Below, in pieces: positions 24,691-36,560 of a stretch of DNA of 64,000 nucleotides. Origin of the DNA: Trichosphaerium sp. ATCC 40318 (Eukaryota > Protista > Tubulinea); assembly GCA_038496445.1 (NCBI GenBank), contig JALMLS010000255.1, positions 372,001-436,000 on the forward strand, written 5' to 3'. Every line of letters starts with the position of its first letter. Position 1 is the first letter of the stretch. The notes beneath the pieces are model-generated. The model worked only from the letters and a program-made list of their open reading frames with translations. It made no database searches and was not told where the DNA came from. A program made the translations under genes and the position numbers.

Positions 24691-25441
24691 TGCTGACCAT
24701 AGCCATTTTTGGGTTTTTGTTTGAAAGGCTTACAGGTGACAGGAAGTATAGTTTCCGCGTAAACTTCTGCTTTACAAAAAGTCAGAATTCTCTTCTGATT
24801 TTCAGAAATTATGGCTTTGTACCCTTTATTTTACTTTGTTACGAGTCAGCTTCTATTTTTGTTTGGCTAGTTATAGCCGACTTCAACAACTTGAACGGGT
24901 AACTAGCTATAACCGTTAACACCAACCGACCAGCTGTTTGTCGAAAAAGAAAGGAACAACAAAGTTCCCTTAGCTACGGTCCTTTATTTGACCACTACAA
25001 AGCGTATTTGCTGAATGTAGGGCTATAAAATGACGGTTTTTGGTTTATATGTACAGTAGCGAAAACGCCTAAAACGTTTAATCAACAGCCTTTTTAAAGC
25101 ATGACAAGCCAGTTTCTTGTGTGTAGACAAAAAAGACAAGAGTGAAACTTTCTGCGCAGCTTTGTTTTCGGGTCGTCTAAATATTGGAGAAAGAAGGAAA
25201 CAACACATCTACTCAACTACTTAAAACCATTTAAAACGCCGAAAACAGTCCAAACCAAAAAAGGGAAATCATTAATAAAACTATTTACACCAACTCCGGC
25301 TCACAAAAACTAACCATCAAATAACTCACATGCGCTTCAATTGTACGTTAAAACAGGTGTGGTGAATATATATGGTTTCATAGTTAAGTCACATTCTACG
25401 TTATGAGTTTAAGACTTACCATCATAAACTGCTCTACAACA

Positions 25442-26451
25442 ATGATGCAACACGCAAATAATGCGTTTTTGGACTTGCCAATGCAGGTGCTGTTTTCATT
25501 AGTAGCACTTTTGGAGGTACTTGAGGGGTTTGCCTTATCATGTAAAAAGTTCAAAATGGTGGTTGAGCGCTATAGTACGACCACAACAAACAGTTGCAAA
25601 GATTTGCTCACTAATTTAGAGTCTTTTTCCCGCAATATCAGCATGGACGTGATTGGTTTAGCAGCAATGGCATGGAGCGCAGGTACGCAATTCATACTCA
25701 CACATCAGCTTTTGAAGTTCCTAACTTTTGTAAAGACGCAATCTCGGTGGCAGCCGTGCCGAGGAATAGGTTGTTATACATGGTAGAGAACATGCTGTTT
25801 TCCACCACTACAAAACTTAGTGATTATTGGTTCGTTTGGCTAAACACTCGATGGAGTACGCATAAGGTTCTTTTACGATGCTTTATCCCAAGCGAACGTT
25901 TTACAGGCACGAATCTTTTTGTTTTTTTTAGATTTTCGAATTCTTGTTTTTTTTTTTTTTGAGTAGTTGTGTTCAAACAATCTGAATATTATTTTGCGTA
26001 GGCGGTTTGCTTGAAACTTGTGTATACAAAGCTATGTACAAAGAAGATTGTTTTATAGAGCACGCTCGCTTTTTATCGCTCATGCCGCTCGTTGAAAGCC
26101 ATGGATTCCTTGTTTCATGCTTAGGGAACATGCTTACTATTGGTTCGCTAGTACTCTACAAGATAAATGTAGCCGGCGAGGACCTCTACAACGCCTTGGT
26201 TGAGCTTGACAATCATGTATATGAGCAATCTACTGAGCAATACAAGTACTTTGAGCCTTTTTTTTTTTTATGATGGTAAAACGTTTACGTTGGGAGTTCG
26301 TGTCCTTGCGGATTACCTCCGTGACATCATGATGCTGGATGACTATGAAGCATATGTTTGGGAGAATCGTTACTACCCAAAGGAAATAATTTCAAGAAAA
26401 CAGTTCGAGGCGCAGAAGAGCGCGAAGGCAAACTATAATTATACGATATAG
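25442..26451 (+). CDS. F-box-like protein, copy B (diverged paralogue; 2 introns; apparent frameshift in a T12 run near 26270)
   Basis: AFLDLPMQVLFSLVALLE...FALSCKKFKMVV; same intron positions and C-terminal LVELDNH...WENRYYPKEIISRKQFE as copies A and C. Confidence 0.7.
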
Positions 26452-27718
26452 AGTAGCCCAAGAAAGAAAAGACTACTGTCTGATGTAAACCATACTTGTT
26501 CTATTTGTTAGTTTTTTTTCTTTTTATGCTGTAGCGTCGGTTGTTCAAGGCGTCGCTTCTTGAGAGGTTTGGCTGAGTTAATAGTCATCGTCCGCCGTTT
26601 TCGTTTTTTTGCCTCCGAGAGTCGTTTCCTATTACACATAACAACATTCAAGTGAAAAAACTTTTGGACTAATTGTTTTCTTGCTATTTATGGCGTTTCG
26701 CCTTAAAGATACGTGAGGGAGCGTCAGAGATTATTAATAACCAGTAGAATTGTTTCAGTGCTTATTTGGGCAAAACGTCATCCAAAACAGACACAGTAAC
26801 AATAAGGTATGAAACCAGGTCAACGAACTTGCTTTAAGACAGTGGCTTGTAAATTATTAAGTAAGGTTGCAAACCTGGCAAGATGAGCCGCTTTACTTCT
26901 TTGCGTGTGTAGAAATTATGATACATACGATTAACTGTTCGTAGTTTTTGTTTCATGTGCGCTACCCGCTGTAAACGCAGTCAAAAATGTTGTACTTATT
27001 GTATCTGGTACGACCACGTGATTGAAGCACTTTATAACTGTCTGTTTCTAAATGACATACACCCAGAAGTTAATAAGGCCTGTAGCTAATTGAATGTATA
27101 CCTACCCTTGAGAAACTAGTAGATGAAAGTTTGGTGTACGTAAAATGACCAGAAAGTTCTTTAATTCCATTTCTTCCCTTACTTTCGAAGAGTTGTATAA
27201 CATAATTATGAACAGTTATCTTGGAGTCAATATGAGCCATGAGTATTTAACAGTCACCACAACTACACGTCGTAACAGACTCTACAGCTGATATTAACTG
27301 TTTGTGTAGTTGTGGAAAACAACACGGTACCAACATATCATTTTGTCAAGTAAACTCAGGAGAAACAAGTAAAAAAAAGTACACTCATTTGATTTTTTAG
27401 CCGTATTTTTAACGATTCTACTGCGCAATGTCAAACTTGGAGTATGCGATGAAAAAGGTTGCCATTACTAGTGCAATCATCAATGCTAATAATTAATAAA
27501 AGGGCGACCATTCTTTATTAGTATTGGTCAATTATTGACATGGTACTACATTTAGTTTATTGTCAAGGTACATACAATACTTTAGCTGGGCTATGGACTA
27601 CTATAAGAATGTAAAACCTCAGTACCCACATAAAGAAATGCCGTTGCTAGCTTTCAAGGAGGAGGTAGACGGTTAAGAGTCTTGAGTACGTTCAATACAC
27701 AAAGCAATGCTTACTTGA

Positions 27719-28159
27719 ATGGAACAACTACACGCTATCACGTTCCGTCCATCTAATTGTACTTCCATACCTGATTGGTTTATGGAAGACCTGGAAGAGG
27801 GTATTACCCTGCTATCTCTTAGGGATCATCACAGGAGTAATGGTGCACAACAACGAATACACAAAATTCTAACTTTTTTCCAAAAGTTAGCCCTGAACAG
27901 AGCTGGCATTGCCAATGATACTGTTGTCTTCACTGCAAATCATGGATACCAGCCATGTTATGTACTGATATTTAAAGAGTTGTTTAGAGGTTGCAGCATG
28001 CTGAATGGACAAGCATACGAACTTCGACAACCTGATACATACCAAATTCTGTTGCAAAAAAAAAAACCACAACTCAGAATTTCAAGACCTTTACAAGTAC
28101 GAGTGCATAGTTTAATAGAATATCCGTTACAATACACGCACAATCATCTGGTTGGGTAA
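27719..28159 (+). pseudogene. Residual ORF of a decayed unknown gene inside the inverted segment of island B
   Basis: 146-aa ORF flanked by stop-interrupted coding-like sequence. Upstream gctttcaaggaggag (27650) recurs at 61715. Confidence 0.3.
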
Positions 28160-28859
28160 GTAGAACCAGAAAAGGGTACGACTACTCGAAAACGCTTTTT
28201 TTCTTTGGGATCAAGATGTGCTTCCTTAATAAACTTTCTAAAGATGAAGTCTCTTCTTGTAACTACACTTTTGATTTCCTTTACATAAAGAACCATGGTA
28301 TATAAACTCAGTAGGATCTATTGCCAGTACTATATTGCTCCAGAAAAGATAACATTGGAAATATGGCTCGTACACTAATGGCGCATCAGCTGTTTTAATG
28401 GGTTTTTATTGTAACTCCAAAAATAACACCTCCCAAGTCCAATAAGTCTTCCAATAATTGGGCATCTTCACCTTGGTCAGATCCAAATAGTAGGTTGATT
28501 AATTTCAATGTGTTTAATAAACATATTAGCACTGCTGTTTATAAACAGGAATATTTTATTCATATTTACAGCGTGGACTTTGGAACGAAAAAAGTACCAC
28601 GTTTTTGTAACATAAGATTTCTTCTACATGGTCGTACTTACCTTATGTTTCTCTGGATCCTTGGTCAAAGAAGCACTAATAAAATAAAAACAGAATTCTT
28701 TCAGGTAGACCTATGGACAACATGCTTTTCAGATGATTTATCTGCCAGGAGGTTTGACAAAATAACCTAAGTATAGTGTTGTTTTTTAATACGTTTTTAA
28801 GGTAAAAATTGGGTGTATGGACAACTTGTAGCAGTGTATGTACAAAGAGTGAATGGAGA

Positions 28860-30910
28860 ATGTTTTGATGGTGAAAAAATGGAGACTTCAAAGAGTGGTA
28901 TAATAACACCCAATACAAGCAACAGTATTCTTACCTGGTATGATGAGGATGTACAACTAAAACGACATTGCTATTTTAAGGACGACAAATAAGGAAGGTA
29001 AATGAACAATACAAAGATGGTGAAAAATGTACAAAGATGGTGAAAAAAATGTTATTTCGTTACTTTTATTTATCTACACAAATGGGATTGACATTCTTAA
29101 GAATGGAGATCACTGGAATTGGCACCAAAACAAATGTTTGGTGTGGTTAAGTGATCAGGACACCATCTACTTTGATGGACTGTACTGTTTAAAATAGAGA
29201 AAGTTGCAGTCAATACTTTGACATACCCATGACATTCAAAAGAGTCGTATTGGCTTTGAGGATGTTTACTCACAACAATAATTTAACATTTTCCTTCATT
29301 CAACCGAGCAACCCCCCTCTCCAGAGGCACGGGAAACTCGAAACTTTAGAAGTGATTAAGTTCTAAAGTCCAGCCGCAGTGATTGAAAGAATTCCTACTG
29401 AAAAATACTGAAGCTCTTATATAGTGGCCTGCCTACCAACCCGTTACTCTTTGAAATTACAGGCATGATTTCACAAGCAAGTGAAACCAAGTACTGAATT
29501 GCCCCTTTCCCTAGCATAAGTTAGTTGACAATAAACTTATAATCACGACTTTGAATACCTCAACTAGAATCTGTCTTGCCAAAATCTTGGTACCAACCTA
29601 ACATACCCCCATCCCAAGTTTGCTCCACCTGTGTATTGAACCAGAAATCAAATACCATATCTACTCTCCTATAAAACGTTGTCAGTCATACATTTATGTG
29701 ATTTTGTTGCCCACTGAGGGCTCCAATTACATACCTTTATAATGCCATCCTTCTCTCCCTAATTGATGTACTTGGCTTGGGTGCCTTTCCATCAATTAGT
29801 TCTTGACACATAGGTGTCTATCCCCCACAAGTACTTGGACATGTGCCTTTCCTTGTTGGGTAAAACTTGTTGAGGTGCTGGATGACATGGCACCTCTTAG
29901 GGTACCTGCCAAAGTTATGATGAACTCTCATGACTCGATTAGCATTTCTACACTTCAAATGAGTGTTATAATGATAGAAGAGGACATATGTTCATGCATA
30001 CATAGATAGTTGTCGCCCACTGTGGGCTTCAACTTCATGACTGGAGGTCTCGATTAACATTTCTACGCCTCAAAATGTGCGTTATAATGATAGAAGAGAA
30101 CCCATTCTCAGAGTGGACACAGCATTAAAGCTGTAGTACCACTTACTCAATAACCAATGAGTAGTGTCATTGATGGATGTACTAAGAGACAAGCTAAACT
30201 CGGCCTTTTCTATCCTTCACAAAGTGTTCTGTAGTTACAGATACACAGTTGTATCACCTCAGACAGGAGGTGCTCGAGCCAGTCGATTACCACTGCCTAT
30301 GCCATGTTTTTTACGCATTTTACATAGGTGGCTTATGTGGTAGAAGACCCAACTACAAGGGGTAAAGAGAAGCAACTTCTAGGGGCACACACTACACAAA
30401 ATTATTTGTGTTTGGTATTTTTTTTCTTTTTTTTTTTTTGGTGCCTTGAAGTCTTTCTTCTTTTATGCTATATTAGGCTACACGGTTGTAAGACTGAACC
30501 CATTGAATGAAAATATTGAGTTTTCACAGCACTCGCAAATACTGTTATAACTCTCATAGCTCTCTGTGTACGTGTTGTGTTGAGGTTGTGGGTTTGAACA
30601 AGCGCCAAAACAGCATTGTTGGTTCTTTGTTCCTGCTTTGTGCAGCTTTTTCGTTGTTGAAAGTCGGAGCCCTGATAAATGCCATTGGGTCCTATAACGC
30701 TCTCATACTTGCTTTCACTCTATTTAATTGCGTCCAGCGTATTGTACATAAATAGAAACAAAAAAACCAACCGTTTTTTTCTCGAACTGCCTTTATTTAT
30801 CTCTGTATGGTGTTTACAACTAGGTACACATACTTTTATAAGCGCTATTCGCCATTCTCACAGTTCCTGTCCACGACGAATTTCCACTGACTTCAACCTT
30901 CAAATAAAAA
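28860..30910 (+). repeat. Island module repeated directly at 58965-59642 plus 60177-61535
   Basis: Near-identical text, e.g. 29160-29510 vs 59290-59640 and 30010-30520 vs 60642-61160. Confidence 0.95.
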
Positions 30911-31266
30911 ACAGGCTGAAAAGTAGTAAATAAAACATCGTGACGGTTTTCAACGCACTAAAATACCTAATATAAGGTTTAAGGAATTTTGGAAATGTGC
31001 ATTATCCATATTTGAGTATTTTAATTAGATATTTCAGTGAAATTCAAGCGGAAAAAGTAGTTGTCGTTTAGTTGCACGTTTTGCGAGTCAGGGTAATCTT
31101 TTCAGTAATTTAAATGTAAACCCAGAATGCGGCTAGGTTCTACTGTCGTAAGTAAGGAGCTTCCGCGACAAAGGAGTAAATCCGATTTGCTTTTTACAAA
31201 AACGAGTAACAGGTTATTACTGCAAGAACAAGTGTGCCACTTTGTTGTATTTGTTACAATTATATT

Positions 31267-33985
31267 TTAGAGTGTTTTGGTTTCAAATCTCAGAATGTTG
31301 TTCTCTTTGGTTTGATTAACTTTTTAGTCTTCAATTTGCGTATCATACTTGACATATCCAATGCATCGTTCTAGGAAAAGGAAAGTTAATCATTACTGAC
31401 TAAAAACAAAACTAGTTGCCGTACCCTGAAGTCATCTTTGTTTTGTTTTTTCATTAGTTTTTGAACACGTGTTAGTTGTTCATTGCCTTCTCTGGCCTTT
31501 ATATTTGCTTCCCTAATCTTAACCTTTACGCTGTGGTCACGCTTCTTTTGAAGTGGATGCGTTGCATCCGCAGCGAATGCAGGTGTAGTAAGCTTTGGTC
31601 CAAAACGTTCATCTGTCATGTCAATACTTAGTTTGTCATGTAATGGCTTTTCTGCAGCCTTTTGTAGCGCTTCTTCAATGCGATCTTGTGTAGTCTTTGG
31701 TGCCCGCCTTTGTTTCTTTTTCTCTGGTTCTTCAAAAGCTTCCTCAAAACCTAAAGAAAAGGCGTCAATGAAAGTATGGAGAAAAAAGTCTATCGAAAAA
31801 CCAAAAACAGTGAGCCCAACTGAAAGCGGCTTGAGCTCTCAAACAACTTTTTGAACCATCTCAATGCCCCTTAAATTTAGAGACTTGGATGTGGTGGACT
31901 GAAGCAAGTACACAACACACTCGGGATATATAGATGATGTGTAAAATCGTTGATTACTTACCTTTAAATGGATCATCAGGATCATATTCTTGCAAACCAA
32001 TACCGAGTTGTCTTCGTTTTTCTTCTTTTAATTGTACACGTCTTTCTTTTCTCTTACGTTTGCGTCTCTCATCCCATGTATTCTCTACTTCTTCAGTCTC
32101 TCCAAGCTTATCATCAACAAGCTTTCTGATTTTTCTTGACTTATTTATATCGAAAAATTTAACATTTAAGTGTTCACGTGGCTCCTCTTCATCATCGTCG
32201 CTATCAACTACATCCTCGTCCAACCCGCTCATTAATAGCTTATATTTGGCGCGTGTTTCTTCCTGACACCTGAAATAATCAGCTCACAGGACGACTAATT
32301 TATTCTGAAAAGAAAGAAGATAAAAGCTGTTGTTATTGTAGGAACGTACTGTTCATCATCAGAATCTGAACCAATAAACTTCTCCAACTCATCGTCAGCA
32401 TATTTATCAAAATTTTCAGCACGAAGCTGATCTCTTATATCATCATCTTCCCAGTCAAATTCAATGTCAGCCTTACCATGCAAATCACTCTAGAGTGTAG
32501 ATTAGTACCAATAAACAAAAACTTCTGGTTCTGAAAATCGCACCTCGGCAATCGCAGGTACAACATAATTTACAGGAACTGAGTCAGATGTATCTCTTAT
32601 AATCCTTCCTTCAAAATCTACGTCATCAGGTACAACACGAATATCAAAGCTAAGCAAGAAAAGTTAGTTTCTGTATCACGTAAAAAGGATTTATAAAAAA
32701 AAAGGACATAAAAGTCATTGATGAAGCTTCTAGCCGTACTAATTCCTTGATGTAGCAATCTCACATCCATCTGCAGCATTAAGTATAGCGTTTGCTGTGA
32801 CATCATCTGTACATTCAACAACAGCAAAAAAGTACTTTAATCTATCCAAATGGTAACTTAAAAGTTTTTGTTTATCCAACTCGTTCTGTGATAACACGTC
32901 TGGCATTTTTTCTTGTTCTTCTTTTAGCTTTTTAATACCAAAATCAGAAGGATACACTGTGACTGATAGAATACGACCAGAAGGAGGACAAAAAGGTTGT
33001 AACATAGAGTTCAAATCCACTGCACGAAACTTGTTCCAATCGATATTATTTATCGCCAGACGCTTCGCAGATATTGTATCATACTCAGCATCATACTATA
33101 GGTTCAGTTAATACAATTTAAGTTGATTCAAATCGAATAGAATACAGGAAAGTGAGTTTCCGCAAAAATAAAGTGGTTGTAAAAAAAATATGAAACAAAG
33201 GTAACCGTACAGAAAATCGCTTTATGAGGTCTTCTGTGAGCTCTACGGAGTCTGAGTCAGATGAATCAGAATCAGAGTCATCATAGTAATTGTTTCTGGC
33301 GTTATACGCTTGTCTATTATCGGATACAGCATTACTCTCGCCCATTACTTCTTCTTCATCTGATGACCATTCAGCATCATCTTTTTTTGGTTTATCGTCT
33401 CCTTTGAGCTTATAAACACGCTCTATAAAATGACGCTCTTTGCTCTTGGTAGCTTTGCGTCCAAACTTATCTATACTAGAGCCGCCATGAAAACTCTTGT
33501 CGAGAACCTTCCCGAAGCGCTCATCAAGTTCGATTTTCTCATCCGCATCATCAAAATCTTGGAATAATGCCGAATCATGTATTTTATCAAACCGAGTGTC
33601 TCTTTGTTGTGGTTTGTTATTTCTACCACGACCACCACGACCTCTACCACGCGCTCTACCACGCCCCCTGCCGCGACCACGGGCTCCTCTGCCTCTGCTT
33701 CCGCCTTTGCCGCCTCTTCCACGATTTCCTCTACCACGGTTGCCGCCTCTACCCCCACGGCCTCTACCTCTTCCTTTTCTGCCGGCTGGGCTAATATGGT
33801 ATTAATTTGTAAGAATGAACCACGAAAAAAGATTAAAAAATTAATAGATACGTTACGACGCATTTCTAGACCAAAATTAAGCGTATAGTAGATGTTTTAG
33901 CTGTAAATAAAAAGAGTAGGAATTCAAGGCGAATAACAGACACTTACCTGCCGCTTTTGCCTTTTGAGGCCACTTTACGGTCCAT
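31267..33985 (-). CDS. ESF1: Pre-rRNA processing protein ESF1 with an N-terminal RG-rich tract (multi-exon)
   Basis: DERFGKV...IDKFGRK, KRLAINNIDWNKFRAVDL...GRILSVTVYPSDFG, RLKYFFAVVEC, FDIRVVPDD and NUC153-like IDMTDERFG...FAADATHP. Confidence 0.92.
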
Positions 33986-34055
33986 TACGCTGCTTTTCAA
34001 CAATAAATGCGAAGCTTAATGCACAATTAAGTACAGTGCAAACTAATAGACGCGA

Positions 34056-36266
34056 ATGGCACACGTTGGTGTAATAATTACATCTACATTAATACACGTA
34101 AGCGTGGTAGATAACAACAATAAAGTTAAGGGTACGTTGACACATTTCCAACTCATTGAAGTTGTAGACTATCATCGAAATTACGGTTAGTATAACTGGC
34201 CATTTGTAAATTTTTACACTAGGAAGAAGTGGTCAAACTGAACAAAAGGCGTCTGACGACGTAAAAAAGGACGGAGAGGCTCCAAAGGGAGAAGTAAATG
34301 AGCCTAATACACCAACAGTTTCAGAGGAATCTTCAGACGATGCAGAACCAGAAAAGGAGGTCTCTACGCTTGAGAAAACAATAAACACAGCTTTAGAGAA
34401 CGCAAAAACTACAAGCAACAATGGTACTACGAAAAAGCTGTAAAATCTGTTTTCGTAACTGGTTTTATAGTTGCAAGTGTTTTATATTGCGTATTGGACG
34501 ATGCACAAGACACAAGAGACATAAAAGACGAATTAGAAAATATTTTTAACGAAAAAGATGTAAATGACACTCATATCTACAGTGTATCCAAAAACACTTT
34601 ACTACTATCTCAAGAGCATGGAAAGACACCGTAAGTTTATACCACATACATTGGTTCAATAATTTAAAAGCTACTAAAGCGTGTGTGGCATATTTTGTGA
34701 ATGGGGAGAATTTGATGTTGGATTCGAAGCAACAAAGAACTACAAAGTTGTACACACAAGTCCTATATGTAGTTTTCCTATGTCACATGGAGCGCATCCT
34801 ACTATGATAGCTATGTGTATTATACAAAAGTTAAGGGCGCTGATAGTAGAGGTACAAAAAAGTTCATGAAAAATTAACAATTTTCAACAAAACTTGAGTC
34901 ACTAATCGATAGTCTAGAGTACACCTGATGAAGAGAATATACTTCTTTCATGTATAAAGAAACACTATAAGTCAGATAAAGAATTATCTATTGAAAAATG
35001 GGTTAAAGACAGGTTCTCAAATGACGAATCTTGGTGGAAAAAAGAAGCAAGGCAGCTTGTTGCTTTGACATTCGCTGCGTACACGCAGAAGGACAAAGAT
35101 GCAAAGACTATTATTGAGGTAGCCTCAGTTACAATTTAAACTAAAAATTGAACCATATTTTTGTTGGTCATCATCGTATACGAAGCGACTTCTAACAAGA
35201 AAAAAATAGGATTCAGCATTAGAACTTGCAACATCGATTTTGAAACTTGCTAAACGTTCAGATTTTTCAGAGGAAAACAAACTTGTTGTACTTTTATCAC
35301 CTAGTCAAGCTTCTGTTTTGGTGAAACTAGTTACAACACATCTTACAAGCCTTGGTTGGGAAGGTGGTGTACGTGTTATTTCTCCAAAGAAAGATGCTTT
35401 AAAGGATCCTCGCGTTGCGGATGTTGTTGCTATTCATTCTAAAATAATGCATCGCATGGTTGTCGCACCTCAAATAGACGGTATATTCTAACATTATTTT
35501 CGTCACTAATTCAAACTTAGAGGCTATGACTTTGAAAGCGAAAGGAAATGAAGCCTTTTCAAGCAAAGCTTTTGAGCAGGCAATAGATTTTTATACAGAG
35601 TACATTTTTTGATACATTTAGAGTTTATAGCTAGTATACTAATGTCAGTTGTTTAAAAGGGCTATCGATGCATGTCCTGAGCTTGTAAAAGAGAGAGCTG
35701 TATTGCTATCTAATCGGGCGGCATGTCATATGTCGCTTGGCGACCATGAAAAGGTTCAAAAGAAGCATTGTATTTATTGTGAATTAATGGCAGTCGTAGG
35801 TTATAGAGGATTGCGATAAGGCTGTGGAGATTGATAGTGAATATATAAAGCCTCTAGTTCGGAGAGCTAGAGCTCACAATGCGTTGGAATATATAGAGGA
35901 AGCTTTTAAAGGTAAAAGACATCGTTGCACGAACGTAAGGTAAATTTTGTAGATTATCAAAAAATATTGGAACTGGCTCCTGGAAATGTTGAAGCTAAAA
36001 GAGTACTACCAAATCTAAAGCAAAGGGTTGACCAGAAAAGAAAAGAAGATGCTGAGAAAATGATGGGTACTTGTTGTAATGTAAAGTGTAGTAATAACTC
36101 TTTTAAAAGGTCAGCTAAAAGATATCGGAAACAAAATTTTGGGTTCTTTTGGTTTAAGGTTAGAGTTGATTATTCCCAAATTTAATACTTATGGTTTAAT
36201 TCTAGTTTGGATAACTTTGTAGCTAAACAAGATGATAAAGGAGGATACTCCATAAGCATGAAATAA
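34056..36266 (+). CDS. TPR protein, TTC1-like C-terminal half with a long unique N-terminal region (multi-exon)
   Basis: LKAKGNEAF...AVLLSNRAACHM...YIKPLVRRA TPRs, and the TTC1-type tail [38 protein letters not shown]. Confidence 0.8.
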
Positions 36267-36560
36267 AGATGTCGTACATGTACTAAGCCTTTCGTCATGT
36301 GGTAGAAAACAAAGGCTTTCCTTAGTTGTACAAAAGTACTTATCTTTTGGACGCGCGAAAGTAGCCGGAAAGGCTTTATCTTTTAGGTGTCATTTAACAT
36401 TGCAAAAGTGTTGACGTTTCTTTTAACAGTACATGTACCTTTTTAATCAGTACAAATATGCTCCAGAGATTGTCGGCCGTCCCACAAACATGAAGTTAAA
36501 CCTGTTTTACTGCCACTTTTCGCGTGTACTTCATTTGACTATGCGCCTTAACTTAGCACT

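Noticed and set aside
27719-28159. PIF1/Helitron helicase assignment for the residual ORF
   Set aside because: Only vague resemblance; no Walker A/B or other helicase motifs are visible.
33471-33888. Pro/Arg-, Thr/Ser- and Glu/Val-rich ORFs
   Set aside because: Shadow frames of the RG-rich N-terminus of ESF1.
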